Part shown: one piece after another, positions 13,500 through 30,122 of the stretch
Position numbering within the stretch: the stretch's first letter is position 1
How the letters are laid out: every line of letters starts with the position of its first letter
NCBI RefSeq assembly: GCF_009914755.1
Contig: NC_060947.1
Strand: one strand, 5' to 3'
Length of the DNA stretch: 64,000 nucleotides
From: the human T2T-CHM13v2.0 reference genome, Homo sapiens
The notes under the pieces: model-generated
What the model saw: only the letters and a program-made list of their open reading frames with translations
Told to the model about the DNA's origin: nothing
Databases searched by the model: none
Made by a program: the position numbers and the translations under genes

Positions 13500-14410
13500 G
13501 TTTTTTGTTCTTTGTTTTTAATAATCTCAAACTTATAGAAAAGTTGCAAGTATAGTACAAATGAAATGTTTCCCCCTGAACCATTTAAGGGTAAGTTGAT
13601 GCCTCATCACCCCATAATACTAGTTTAGTGCATATTTCCTACAAACAAGAACACTGTCCTACTTAACCACAATGCTACCACCCAAATCAGGACATTAATT
13701 ATTACTATCTCACCCTCAAATCCCATTCAGGTTTTGCCAGTTGTTCCAATAATGTTTTCTATAGCAAAAGGATCCAGTTCAGACTCAGGTGTAACACTTG
13801 ATTGTCATACTTGAGGGTAAAGGGGGCCATGACTGTTTACCGTCCTTTAGTCTAAGATGTTTCCTTAATTTAATTTTGATTTTCTTGACCTTGACACTTC
13901 AAAGATTATGGGCCAGTTGTTTTGTCACTTGTCCCTCATTTTGGGTTGTCTGTTTCGTCCTAATTAGGTTCCAGTTATGGACCTTTGGTAGGAACGTCCC
14001 AGAAGTGCTGCTGGATCTTCTCACTGCATTCTATCACGTGGCATGTCATTTCTACTTGTTTCATTCTTGTTGATGTCCACTTTGATAACTTGAGTAAGAT
14101 AATGTCTGCCAGACATCTCTGATGTAAATTTAATCTTTCCCCATTTATCTCATTTTGTAATTCTTTAGTTTAAAATAATTTTAGACTTATAGCAAATATA
14201 TAGCACAGAGAGTGTTATATACCCATCACTCAGTTCCCCTAGAGTAAGCATCTTCAATTACCATATTAATATTTTGGGAGAAGGTACATTGAAGCCACGT
14301 AGAAATCCGTTCCTTGTCAAGCTTTCAACATATTCATTTAAAAGTGTATCTCACCATAAACTCATGGTTTCCTATTTTCTCCAAAAGATAATTACCATTA
14401 CCATAAATAA
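13500..14410 (-). mobile_element. Old L1 3' end (L1MC4/5-like), first part
   Basis: 'ctcaaacttatagaaaagttgcaag...tatttcctacaaacaagaac'; resumes after the younger L1 at ~16520. Confidence 0.75.
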
Positions 14411-14414
14411 CTAT

Positions 14415-16519
14415 TTATTTATTTTTATTGAGGTGGAACTCACATAACATAAAATTAACCAGTTTAAAGTGAATAATTCAGCAGCGCTTAGTACATTCAT
14501 GATGTTGTCCCACTACTACCTCTATCTCGTTCCAAAGCATTTTTATGACCCTAAAATAAAACCCTGTACTCACTAAACAGTTTCTCCCCATTCCCTTCTT
14601 TCCCTAGCTCCTGACAACCACTAATCTGCTTTCTGTATCTGTGAACTTACCTATCCTGGATATTCATAGAAATGGAATAATATGTGACATTTTATGTCTG
14701 GCTTATTTCATTTAGCATATTGTTTTCAAGATTTATCCATGTTGCTGCATGCATCAGTATTTTACTCCTTTGTATAGCTGGGTAATATTCCATTATATGT
14801 ATATATTACAACTTGCTTATATATTCATCTCTTGATGGACATTTAGGTTGTTTCCATATCTTGGCTATTGAGAACAGTGCTGCTATGAACATTTGTGTAT
14901 GAGTATTTGTTTGTACACCTATTTTCCATTCTTTCGGGTGTGTTTTAAATGTAGCTTTATTTTAAAGAGTCAGTGTTTGTAGATGCAGCCCATGTAGCTG
15001 GGCTAAGCTTGTAATAACTTCACAAGTGCTGTGGAGAAGCCCAAATTCTACCCAAGAGTAGAATTGTTGGGTCATATGGTAGTTCCACAGTTAACTTTTT
15101 GAGCAACTACTAAACTGATTTCTAAGCAGCTACATTCCCATCAGCAAAGTTTGAGAGTTCCAATTTCTCCATATCCTCACTAACGCTTTTTATTTTCTGG
15201 GTTTTTTTTTCTTTCTTTTAATTCTAGACATCCTAGTGAGTATGATGTGGTATCTCACTGGGGTTTTGTTTTGTATTTCTTTAATGATTAATAATGCTGA
15301 GCATCTTTTCACATGCCTATTGGTTATTTGAATATCTTCTTTAGAGAAATGTCTATTCAAATCCTTTGCTCATTTTTTTAATTGAATTTTTTTGTCTTTT
15401 TGATGTTCTTTATATTTTCTATAAGAGAACTTTGTAAGAGTTTTTTAAAAATATATTCTGGGTAATAGAAAATATATAATTTGCAAATATTTTATCCCTT
15501 TCTGTAAGTTATCTTTTTACTTTCTGGATAATATTCTTTGATGCACACTTTTTATTTTGATGAAGTCCAATTTACCTTTTGTTTGTTTTTTGTACTTTTA
15601 TTTTCATATCTAGGAATCGACTATCAAAAATGAGGCCATGAAGATTAACCCCTGTGTTATTCTTCTAAGAGTTTTGTAGTTTTAGTTCTTTATTAGGTTT
15701 GTTGATCCATTTGGGGTTAATTTTTATATATGGTGTGAGACAAAGGTCCAACTTCATTCTTTTGCATGTGGATATCCAGTTGTCCCAGTGCCATTTATTA
15801 GAGAAACTATTCTCTCCTCATTGAATGGCCTTGGCCCCCTTGTTGAAAATCAATTGCCCATAGATATATGATTTTATTGCTGGACTGTCAATTCTATTCA
15901 ATTTGTCTATGTATCTATCTTAATGCCAGCATACGGTGTTCTGATTATTGTAGGTTTGCAGTGTTTTGAAATTGGGAAGTGTGAGTCTTCTCACTGTGTT
16001 CTCCTTTTATGAGGTTGTGTTGGTTTTTTTTTTTTTTTTTTTTTTTTTTTAGCTATTCAGGGCCTTTGCAATTCCATATGAACTTTAGAATAGGCTTTTC
16101 CATTTCTGCAATAAAAGGTCTTTGGAAGTTTGATAGGGAATTCACTGAATCTATAGATTACTTTGGGGAGTATTGCCATCTTAACAATTTTAAATCTTCC
16201 AGTTCATGAACACGAGATGTCTTTTCATTTATTTATGTCTTATTTAATTTCTTTCAACAACATTGTATAATTTTCAGTGTACAAGACTTGTGCCTCTTTG
16301 GTTAAATTTATTCCTAGATGTTTTATTCTTTTGGATACTATTGTAAATGGATTTTTTAAAAAAATGTCTTCTTAGATTGTTCATTGCTCTTGTATAGAAA
16401 CACAATTGTTTTTGGTGTGTTGATCTTGTACATTGCAGGATTGCTGATTCTTTTGTTAGCCCTAGCAGTTTTTTGTGTGTGGGTTTACTGGCATTTTCTA
16501 CATACAGGATCATGTTACT
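14415..16519 (-). mobile_element. L1MB-like 3' UTR plus ORF2 end, nested in the older L1
   Basis: 'tttattgaggtggaactcacataacataaaattaacc' 3' end; antisense ORF2 motifs; interrupted at 14942-15049. Confidence 0.9.
14942..15049 (+). repeat. Direct copy of unique sequence 12600-12708 inserted in L1
   Basis: About 95% identical by manual alignment; splits L1 motif 'ttctttcgggtg|...|tacccaagagtagaattg'. Confidence 0.92.
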
Positions 16520-17730
<1,211 letters not shown>

Positions 17731-17802
17731 TGTAGGCTGGTAAAGGAGCCATACTATATACATATTTAGCACAGGCAAATTTAACTATAAACACTTATAC
17801 CA

Positions 17803-17930
17803 GAAAGGAGGAGAAAAGAGGAAGAGGAAAGAAAGAGGTGAGGAGGGAGAGGAAAAGAGAAGGAAAGGAGGAGAAAAAGATGTAGAAGGAGAGAAAGAGG
17901 GAAGAGAGAGAGAGAGAGAGACAAAGAGAA
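17803..17930 (+). repeat. Polypurine (GA-rich) tract ending in (GA)n
   Basis: Seen directly. Confidence 0.9.
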
Positions 17931-18019
17931 ACACCACTAAGACAGTGCAGTTGATTTTACTCACCTTTGCACTTAATGGGTATATGCCCTTGACTGAACA
18001 TTAAATTATTACAGTACTC

Positions 18020-18148
18020 TTATTAGGTAGCCACTATGTGCCCCAATTTATATATGTGTCAATTGAGGCTTAAAGAGGTTAAGTGTTGCCTCAGTTCACA
18101 AAGCTAGTATGTGTGACAGAACGGGGATTCTAAACTGTCTGGCTGACT
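18020..18148 (-). mobile_element. MIR fragment
   Basis: 'ttgaggcttaaagaggttaagtg...cacaaagctagta'. Confidence 0.6.
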
Positions 18149-18164
18149 CAAGAGCTACGCGTTC

Positions 18165-18450
18165 CTGTGTCCAGGGACGTGAAACCCATTTCCTGCTGTG
18201 GCAGCCCATTCCAGCCTTGCATTACCTTGACTATCAGAATGTTTTGTCCTTTTTTACAATTGAAAATCTGTCTCCCTGAAGTTTTTCCACCCATTGGTGT
18301 TGGTTTCACCCCTTGGGGATATATAAAACAATTCTGATTGCTCTTCCACATGACAGCCCTTAAAATATTTGTGGACAGCTCTCATATCCCCTGAGTTTTC
18401 TGTTCTCTAGGCTAGGCATTTTTAGTTCCTACAACTATTCCTCTTATGAG
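18165..18450 (-). mobile_element. L3/CR1 LINE 3' fragment
   Basis: 'ggcagcccattcca', 'tcttccacatgacagcccttaaaatatttg' resemble L3. Confidence 0.6.
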
Positions 18451-18831
18451 TGGGAAAATGTCTTTCTTCTAGCTTGTTATACTGCACTAATCTTCTACGG
18501 TAAGAAGGATTCAGTTCATGCCCCAAACATACCCTATTATATTCAGGACAAAAGGAGAGTCTGACATTTGCTTTTCAATTGAAGTGGCAAATATGGAATT
18601 CAACCTGCCTTCCCCTGCAGACGTTTATTAGTATATGAGACATAAGTGCCACATCCTCTTTTTCACATAAGCCTTTCTGTACATAAGGTTAAACCATTGG
18701 TATAGACCCCATTTTTTTTTTTTTTTTAGGAAAGTTCAAGAATTTTCATGGACTATTACTCCCATCCATATGTCATTAGGAATATGTAGTATTACAACTA
18801 GCTCAGTACATTTCATAATTACCTGGAGCTC

Positions 18832-20066
<1,235 letters not shown>

Positions 20067-21528
20067 AATTACCTGGAGCTCTCTGGAAGGTGAGAGGATG
20101 GTGGGGAGGGCAAACAAAATGTTTTCCTTTATTTCTGTCATTCAAGGTTGAGTTACTTGTTTCAAAAGATGTTTTAAAGAAATGAATGAAGCTGAAGCTG
20201 AAAAAAAAATCATGCTAGCTTAAACCATGGCAACTGTACATTATCTGAGTTAGGGCACGTGTTTTCTAGCCAGATTATTCTAAAAACCATGCTAATTAAG
20301 TAAAATAATGGCAATTATAATGAAATGACAACCAACATCGGGCTTCATGGATGAGTATACTTATCACTTAAACATACAGTTGTTAAATCAGGGCATTTTT
20401 TCCATTACGTACTATTTTGGATGGTACCAATCCTTATTTTCTGGAAGAAATCAATTTTAACTAGAACCATTGCATTTTAAATTTCCATGCAGTGTAGGAA
20501 TAAGTTAGTATTCATTAATATTTTCCATACGTACTTTCACTTGCAAGGTGTTTTCTTTCTGGATTCAACAGTCTATCAGGGAGCTATGAAAAGGTATCAT
20601 CAAAGAGGCAAAATCCCAACTGCCTCCAAAACAGGCAAATTTTACTTCTGCTACACAGCCCTTGAGTGTATCTCAAATATCTTTCATTGTTAATGAGCCA
20701 AATTCTCCAAGGGCTTCCACTTCTCCCCAGGGGAAAGTTAGACACGTGGAGAAACTGCATCAACATACAAACCACCAGGGTGCCATTTGGCAAATTTCAG
20801 CTTCCATGTTCTGGGACCCTAGAGGAGATTAATATTGTTTCCCAGGCTGTCAAAGTTCTTCTCACGTGTAGTTGGGAAAATCAATTAAAGTATTGAGTAA
20901 AATTTGCACGTACTATTTAGATATGCCGAGACAAACATCTAAAACTAGATTGCCATCCTGGAAATTAGTGGATGAAATAATGTTCTCTGAGTGCTCTGGT
21001 TTGGGTACTTAACTATGTTTTCATTTATAAAAAATCAGGGAGAAAGTTGGAGGGTTCCGTGAAAATTATTTTAAATATTGTTCAACATCACCTACAGCAA
21101 AGTCAGTTTTTCATTCACAAATCTCACTGTGCATGTTTCTCCAGACCTTCATCTTCCTCTGGTTATATAGAGCACATTATGCCAGTATCCTAGAAAGAGG
21201 GATGGCAATTAACTGCATGGGTAATTTGCTATCTAAGTCAATCATTTTGTAAGGGGTATATGAGTACCAGAAGAACTTACAGTAACTGTTAAATCAGTTA
21301 GTAAATTAGCAGGATAAGCCATTATATCGAAATTGATTTTTTCTCTTCTTCCTTTTCCTTCCCTTCAATTGTCTATAAGTGTATTGTTTGTAATTATACA
21401 TCACTACAGACTGACAATCATTGAGTAACCAAAACAATTCCACCACCATATCCATCATCTGGCTCATTACCACCACATTTCACATATGGGAGCAATGGCT
21501 ACAGAAAGCACTAAATAAACTGGTGTTA

Positions 21529-21866
<338 letters not shown>

Positions 21867-21980
21867 ATGATAATAATAAAAATGTTTATTTTAAGAAAAA
21901 ATATACAGCTGAGAATAATGCATTTTCTCATGCTCTTTGCTTTGAAGTTTGATCCTCAAATATTTTTGTTTGCTGGAGTG

Positions 21981-22311
21981 TTTTTCTTTTTTTCCTTTCT
22001 TTTTTTTTTTTTTTTTTCCAGAGATGGAGTCTTGCTTTGTTGCCTAGGCTGGAGTGCAGTGGCCCGATCTGGGCTCACTGCAAGCTTCGCCTCCCAGGTT
22101 CACGCCATTCTCCTGCCTCAGCCTCCTGAGTAGCTGGGACTACAGGCACCCGCCATCACGCCTGGCTAATTTTTTTTTTTTTTTCGTATTTTTAGTAGAG
22201 ACGAGGTTTCACTGTTTTAGCCAGGATGGTCTCGATCTCCTGACCTCATGATCCACCCGCCTTGGCCTCTCAAAGTGCTGGGATTACAGGCGTGAGCCAC
22301 CACACCCGGCC
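21981..22311 (-). mobile_element. AluY-like
   Basis: 'gttcacgccattctcc', 'ttagccaggatggtctcgatctcc'. Confidence 0.96.
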
Positions 22312-22399
22312 CGCTTGTGTGTTTTTCAATAACTCTGATATGACTTGTAGAATGGCATCAAGAAAACTCTGTTACTACAGATGTTGAGGTTATTCTTCC

Positions 22400-22995
22400 T
22401 ATTCTAGTTACCATTGCTAAGGAACAAACCACTTCAAAATGTAAAGGTTGAAACCAGCAGTCATTTTATCACCTCTCCTGGTTTCTGTGGGTCAGGAAGT
22501 TGGGGAGGGTTCATCTGGGAGGTTCTGGCTTGGAGTCCCCCTGCAGTCCCAGTCAAACAGTGGCTGGGGCTGGAGAGTTGTGAGCTGGAGCAGAAGGGGC
22601 TTGCAAGGCATCTCTCTCTGTTCATGCAATTTTGGCACTTCTCCATGTGGTCTCTTCACACAGGCTAATTTGGACTTCCTCAGAATGTGGCAGACTCAGG
22701 GCTGTCTGAAACCTTCAAGGATGATTATTCCAGCAAACAAGGCAGACACTCTGTCACCTAAGACCTAGCCTCAGAAGTCTTGCTGCATTATTTCTACCTC
22801 ATTACTGATTGCAAGCAAGACACAAGCCCAGACAGATTTAAGGCGGGGTGGGGGTTGGGGTGGGGTGGGGTGTGGGGAGAGGCGGGCCTGGGAGGGAGGG
22901 GCCAACTGCATCTTGAAGAGGGAGTGGCAACTTTCTAGAGAGCATGTGGGGTGGAAGATATTATTGCAACCACCTTTGGATAATATAATTTGCCG
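22400..22995 (-). mobile_element. MaLR LTR (MLT1H/I-like) with an internal G-rich expansion
   Basis: 'attgctaaggaacaaaccacttcaaaa...ttctgtgggtcaggaa'. Confidence 0.7.
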
Positions 22996-24289
22996 CACCT
23001 GGTTTGATCACAGCTTTTCTGTTATTTTGCTCTCCTCTAAGTTCCTGGTCAATTGAGGTTTTTCCTTTTGGCAATCAAATGCAACATCATGATTATGTTT
23101 TTATTAGGTTCTGTCATATATATGGTGCTGTGCCAGACACTTCAGGCTTGATACAAAAAAAATCATGGTCTCTTCCCTCTGAGAGATTATCTTCAAATGA
23201 AAAGAATGTAAACAGATAAGTAATACACATTTTATTCTCCCCTTTTTGGTCAAATAAAAGAAAATGGAAAGAGTAATAAAATAAACTTATTACATTCTCA
23301 AAATAACACCCCAAAAGACCCTTCCCTTTAAGAAAGAGACTATAAATGCATTTTATGTTACTAGATACTTCACTTAGGAATTCTTTGTTTGAAAGTAATG
23401 GAATAGTAACTCAATGTAGCTTAGGAAAAAAAAGGAGGGATCATAATAAGAATAGAAGAGTATCTCAGAAAGCCCAAGGACAGAAACGTTTCTGGGCCTC
23501 GAGAACAACCTGGAATGAGAACTCAGATGTCATTTGAGATTTCTTTATTGTTCTCTGCAGTCCAGCTTTCGCTGCTTCTTTTATCCACGTCATAAAAAAC
23601 ACGGCAAATTTAGTGCTTAGGATTCCATGTACTTGCATAGCCACTAGAGAGAAACTATTTTCTTTGCTATCTCCATATCCAAATGGGTTCAGCTGACCCA
23701 TGGTTTCACAACAAATGTGGCTAAGGGCTGGAGTGGCAGTATGTGACTATGACAGCTTCACTGTAATCGTGTAGCTCTAAAGAGGGGTCAAGGCTCAGAA
23801 AAGGCGTGCTGAGGAATTAATCCAATAGGTGTCTACTAGACCAAGATTGGGGAACATACAAAGAATTGATGCCGTGCATAGATAGAATAAGAAACTGACC
23901 ACCTGATACTTTTTAAAAGCTTGTTAAAGGCCCTATCAGATCCAAACATCTCTCTCAATAATCTATCAAAATGTGACTCTCTTCTTTCTCATGTTCCCAT
24001 AGTTATTTTGGAGGAGAAAATGAAGTCAGCTCAACATTTTATTTTTAATCAAATGTTTTATCCTCAGATGCACTGGTTGACATATTACATATGTCAGACC
24101 ATGACCAGAATAGTGGACTCAAGTGTCTTGACATATTGGTGTGTCACAGTCAGTTGTGCGATATCACAAGCCATATGATGGAGTCAAACATTCTGAAGTT
24201 TAAAAGACCTACTTCAAAAAGAATATAAAATTACAGCAGACTCAAGGATAGTCCTATAATACCACCATTTCTAGTTTCTAGTCCTATGC

Positions 24290-24568
<279 letters not shown>

Positions 24569-26424
24569 TGATTTCTTGAGTGGACAAAAATTACAGATTG
24601 TGCACAAGGCATTGCATAAATGCTGGCATGTTATAGGAGCTGGGTCATAGATGTAATATCATCAGAAACATGCATTGCCATGGAAATCAAGTTTAAAAAC
24701 TCCTGCATTAAGAACCTCGAAGAGCTTGAGAAAAGGTATAGGACAGATTAATTTCAATTTGATTGTGGGACTAGGGAGATGTTGTGAGAGAAGCTCTGGG
24801 CAGGCTCTGCAAAAGGTGTGGGTGGGAAGCTATATCCTGGACAGGAAGGAGAGAACCAGAACAGGTCCTTGGAGAGAAGGCTGCTAAAGTAGATATGAGG
24901 GAAGGGGAAAGAAGGCAGGGCATGGAAGAGAATCTTCACATATCTTATAATTTTGCCCAGGACAAGTCCTGTTTGTGCAACCTCATTATCATATACTTAA
25001 CATTTTTTCATCAGGACAAACTTTCTGTAATGAGATTCCACCTGTCTCATTAACAAGTTAATCAAAGCATTCATGAGCCATACACAGAAACCCACAAGCT
25101 CATCTCTTAACACTTGGCAATCTGTACAGCACTTGAGGAAAAAAAGATTGAATACACATGCCAAGGCCAATTTATCTCAAATTAGCAACCAAGAAAATAA
25201 ATGTAAGAGTAAATGGCAGAAAGGGATCATGATAGTCCATTTCCGTAGGGAGGTGGACTAATAGACGCCCACAGATGAGCTCTAAGTACCTGAATAAGTA
25301 TTGTGATATTTTCTGTCCTTCATATTTCTAGTTTGCTGTTTTGACCTTCAAGGGAATATTCACAATGTTAAAATGAAAAGGAAAAAAACTTGCACATCCT
25401 CAAATTAGGTATGCTGCCACCAGGTGGTTGTAGTATGGCACAGCCATGTCGTCCAGGCAATTAGCATACAGTATAAACAGGTGTCTTAGAAAGAGGATTA
25501 GCACACTATTCCCATATTCTATTTTTAAAAAGTTATTACAACGAAAAAGCTTTGGTTAAATGTATAAGGAGATAATTTGCTTATAGATTTTAAGATTTTG
25601 CTTTGTTTCAGTTTTGTCTTTGTAAAGAAATGTATGCTTATGTACAATTTGGTATCAGTTTTACTAATCTTTAATTTTGTGATATCACTTTGAATTATAC
25701 GTTGTAGTCAAAAAGCCACCCTGTAGGCTGGGCCTCAACCTCCTGTAACTTACACTGGATATCAAAATGACCAGGGTACTTATCTCTCAGTGAGGGGCCT
25801 ACTCTTTTGTCTTTTTGTAGGTAGCCAATTCAACTTGCCTAACTGGTCTGAGATAAGTTCTTTTTGACTTTTCAGTTTACAGAAGCCCTTCTTCTTTTCT
25901 CTAAACCTAACCAGGGAATAAGTTAAGAAAAGCACCTTGCTATTTAGACCAATAGTTTGTGTTCTCCATGATGTTATTTGCCATATTTCATCAATAAAGT
26001 GTATTGAAGGGAACACCATGGATTTACTAACACTTTCTTTATGGTGTGAAAAGTAGGGAGAAATGTACTCATTCATTATATGAAAAATCCCAACTGGAGA
26101 TGCCTTAAAATGTGCAAAATATATATTAGTTAGAATTGATAAAATAAGGCAGTAATCTCTCTAATAGACCATTTAATTGCTTTGACTAAAACTACAAGTT
26201 CCTTGATTTGCACAAAAAGGTCTCTGATTTGCTTCGCATATCACTTCTAGCTATGTAGTTAAGAGAGTGGCCAGAAAGATCTTTCCAAAACTGGGTTTTT
26301 AAAAGGCCAATATTCCATGCTTAAAACAGAATATTCTGAATTAGAAATACATTGGTAGAAAAATTTGTATTGATTATACCATAATATGTCCAACTCTTAC
26401 GTTTGGATTATGTGAGATTAATAT

Positions 26425-26453
26425 CATCATATCATCATCATCATCATCATCAT
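26425..26453. repeat. (CAT)n microsatellite
   Basis: Seen directly. Confidence 0.9.
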
Positions 26454-27788
26454 TGCCATCCACCATTCAGCTATTTCTTGAGCAATTACTACTCACCAGG
26501 CTCTGTGCTAGGTGCTGCCTATTGTTACAACAGAACTCAACCAAAGATATCCTGTCAGTTATTCACAAGCCCTCTGGCAACACCTTCTTCATGCTGCAAA
26601 CCCACATGCACTGTATTTTCGCTATAGCTTTCCATGAAAGAGCAGATGTTATAAAGATCACCCGAAAGTGAATCAGAAGAGTCACAGTCTTTGATGCAAC
26701 ATATAGTAGCACATTCAGGACTCTGTATTTGGCTATGTGAAATTGTTTGGGGAGAATCAAATCTTTCTGGAGCCTTGACTTATCTGTACTTTTATCGTGC
26801 CATTTTATGTGTCTTATCTCATATAGGCAATTTAAGTAAAATGACCCATTTACCTGATGTGGCATTTGTTACAAAGGTCATTTCCCACTGTGCCATAGTG
26901 AAATAATTAGCATGATGATGTGATGTACGTCTGTTTTGGTATTGTTCTGAACACAGATAATTTATCCCAAAGCAATGTCTTTTGGCACCAAGACATTTAT
27001 CTGTTCTTCAAAGGTACTTCTGCAAGAGATGATATTATGAAGATAATGAAAGTATGTCCATTACTTTCAGAACGAGTCATTTAGCAAGATGACAAGTGTT
27101 GTCCAGGCTTTGTTGCCGGAGTTCTCTGTCTTTTGGGTTCTGACAGTCAGACCACAGGAAAGTGAGCAACTTTAGCATCTGTTGTTGCTTCCTCCTCCCA
27201 ATCTAAAACATTATTTTTATATAGGGAAAGAATGCAAATTGAGAAACACTTTAGTTTTCTATAATATCATTTATGTACACAGGGGGTTTCGACACTTTTT
27301 CTTACCCAGGAATTACTTCCTCATTGTCCACCACCACTATAAGAATGAGAAGGTAGATGTTATCATGTCAGCTTAAAATTCACAGGCAGTTTTCACAAAA
27401 GAAGAAAATGGGTTAGGCATGCAGGAAAGAAAGGGTTTCATAAACTATTTGCACAAGAAAAATAAATGATGTTTCCAAAAGACACAAAAGAATGACAGGT
27501 AAGATTGCCAATTCAAGATGGCAGATTTAATGAAAAAATTAGCCTCTGATTTCTCCTACAACATTACAAAAATTAAAATAAAGGGATACCATAAAAGGCA
27601 TAAGCCTCCAATGGAAAGTAAATATGAGAGGTGAGCAAGTAATATTAATAAAATTTTGGGAGCTGGAAAGCTTATGGCCAAGTAATACGTGATTTTAAAA
27701 TAAAATAAAAAAAAGGCCTAATCCTAAACTGGCAATGGGAAAAGAGAAACAATTTACATTGGCAAATTTTATATTAAGAAACAATTAA

Positions 27789-28007
27789 CAGCCTGGGCAA
27801 CATGGTGAAACCCCATCTCTACAAATAATAATAAAAAAAAATCAGCTGGACGTGGTAGCGCATGCCTGTAGTTCCAACTACTCAGGAGGCTGAGGTGGGA
27901 TGATCACCTGAGCTTGGGAGGTCAAGGCTGCAGTGAGCCGTGATCGTGCCACTGCACTCCAGTCTGGGCAACAGAGTGAGACTCTGTCTCAACACAGACA
28001 AACTGAA
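27789..28007 (+). mobile_element. 5'-truncated AluJ
   Basis: 'gaggtcaaggctgcagtgagccgtgatc'; TSD aaacaatta. Confidence 0.93.
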
Positions 28008-29635
28008 AAACAATTAGATCTAACAAATATCCTCTTCTTCTGAATGCATTGGAGAACCAGCCTTCCTACACCTTGACAGAAGATTGTGAATTTATTTTCT
28101 GCAGAAGGTAAAATAGAGGTTCTGGGAAGGGAATGCCAGTCACAGTGGAGGGTTGGGTACTATACTGAAAACAGAAGTATTAAGTCAAAATGTACACTGG
28201 GTACTGTAATGAAAACAGGAGTGTTAGTTGAATCTTGAGATCCCCAGCCGTCTCTCCCAACTCCTGTCTCAGAACACCATCATCTAGGCAAGAAATCTGA
28301 AGTGCTTTCTTTGGTGAATCTAACTCACATAACAGGAAAGACCTAAAAATACTGAAATCAGTTATTCCCCAAAGAAATGACTCAACCAGAGTACCCTACA
28401 AGGAAACATACAAGCTCAGAGCTTATAATTGGCTTTTCAGTTTCTCATTCTTCAATATGAGCAGACAGCCAAGGATGACCAGACAAATGAGGAAAGTCTC
28501 AAATATGAATGACAGAGACCATAACAACAAACAAGCACATATATAAAAATCAAACAAAAGTAACCGGGTAGGAACAGACTATGCAGTGAGATATATTATA
28601 TGAGAAAATATCCATGAAATAATAACAAGTTTTATACACATACACAAACATTCAGGAAATAAGGAAAATATCCTAGAAATTAAAAATATAGCAGAAATAC
28701 ACTCAAAAGATAAAGTTTTAAAGATGAGTTTTAAAGATAAAGTTTTAAAGATAAAGTTATTGGAAAGCAATTAGGAAGTAGAGCAAAAAGAATGATAGAA
28801 ACAAATAGAAAATTAGAGGATTATTACAGGAAACTCAACATTATAATATTAAGGAGTTTCAGAAAAAGAGGACAGAGAAAATGTAGGAAAGAAGATCAAA
28901 GGAATAATTCAAGAAAAATTTCCACTCCTACAAGGCATAAATCTCCATATTGAAAAGGCCCAGGGCTAAAGCACATCACTATGAAATTTCAGGATATCTG
29001 GGACCAAGAAGAGATACTACAAACATTCAGGAGGATGAACCAGACTCAGAATGGCATAAAACTCAATTGCAATATGGGAAGCTAGAAGCTGATGGCACAA
29101 ACTTTCAAAATGTTAAGAGAAAATTATTATCGACCTAGAATGCTATACCCAGCCAAACTATTAATCAATTATGAGGGCAAAATAAACAAACTTTCAGATT
29201 TGAGAAATTTCAAAACATTTTCCCCTCTCCCCAAGCACCCTTTTTCAGAAAATAACTAGGGCATATCTTCCACCCAAATAGAGGTGTAAACCAAGAAAGC
29301 GGAAGGCTTGTAATAAAAGTCACATGGGATCCAGCTTAGAACAGGGACAAAGGGAATCCCCAGAGTGATTTCTTACATGGGAAAGAATAGGTACATAGAA
29401 AGCTAAGGGAACAAATAAAGACAACTATTAACTATCCATGTCGGTTTAATCAAAATAATATAATTATATAATTATAAGGTAAGGATGGGAAGACAGGAAA
29501 GGAATATGTGTATATATTTGTATATAGTTGGAGACAATATAAGTTAATAAGTCTTGTTTTCAATAGTGGAATAGTGATTGATTATTTCTAAAGCCAAAAA
29601 ATAGCAAAGTAACAATGTAATCATATTGTTTAGAC

Positions 29636-30122
29636 CTGCATTGCTAAATACAATAGTCACTGCCACATGTGGCTATGGGACACTTGACATGGGGCTAGTG
29701 CAACTGAGAATAAATTTTTCAATTTATTTAATTTGAACTGATTAAAGTTTAAAGATCTTATACTCAATTCAGTTATTGGAAAGCTTTTAAGTGTTTGGAA
29801 CAATTTATGTATATGAATTTTTTTTCAAATTATAGGGAAGCTACACACAGATCAAACATTTTTGATGAAAATTTTACATCCAAATTGAGATGTGCTGTTA
29901 ATGTAAACTGCATACCAGATTTCAGAAACTTAGTATGAAAAAAAGATGCAAAAGATCTCACTGACTTTTTATATTGAATATATCTTGATATGATAATATT
30001 TGGGGCATACCGGGTTAAATGAAATTTTTTTTACCTTTTTGTTTTGACTTTTAAAATGTTGCTACTAGAACATTTACAATTCACATATGTGGTTCTCATT
30101 ATATTTCTAGCAGACGGTGCTG
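29636..30122 (+). mobile_element. hAT-Charlie element (Charlie1b/MER33 family)
   Basis: 'gccacatgtggcta' and 'tatatttctagcagacggtgctg' ends; 8-bp TSD gtttagac/atttagac. Confidence 0.85.

Noticed and set aside
20535-20818. Minus-strand exon-like unit (ctcctctAG ... aaa|GTACGT)
   Set aside because: Stops in all frames and only moderate splice signals.
25778-25858. Possible pre-miRNA hairpin (acttatctctcag ... ctgagataagt)
   Set aside because: Only ~11 bp of stem with a poorly paired interior.
26403-26627. Poly-His ORF
   Set aside because: Translation of a (CAT)n microsatellite.
28757-29786. Shared 14-mer agttattggaaagc between the HAL1-like element and Charlie
   Set aside because: Too short; each copy fits its own repeat context.
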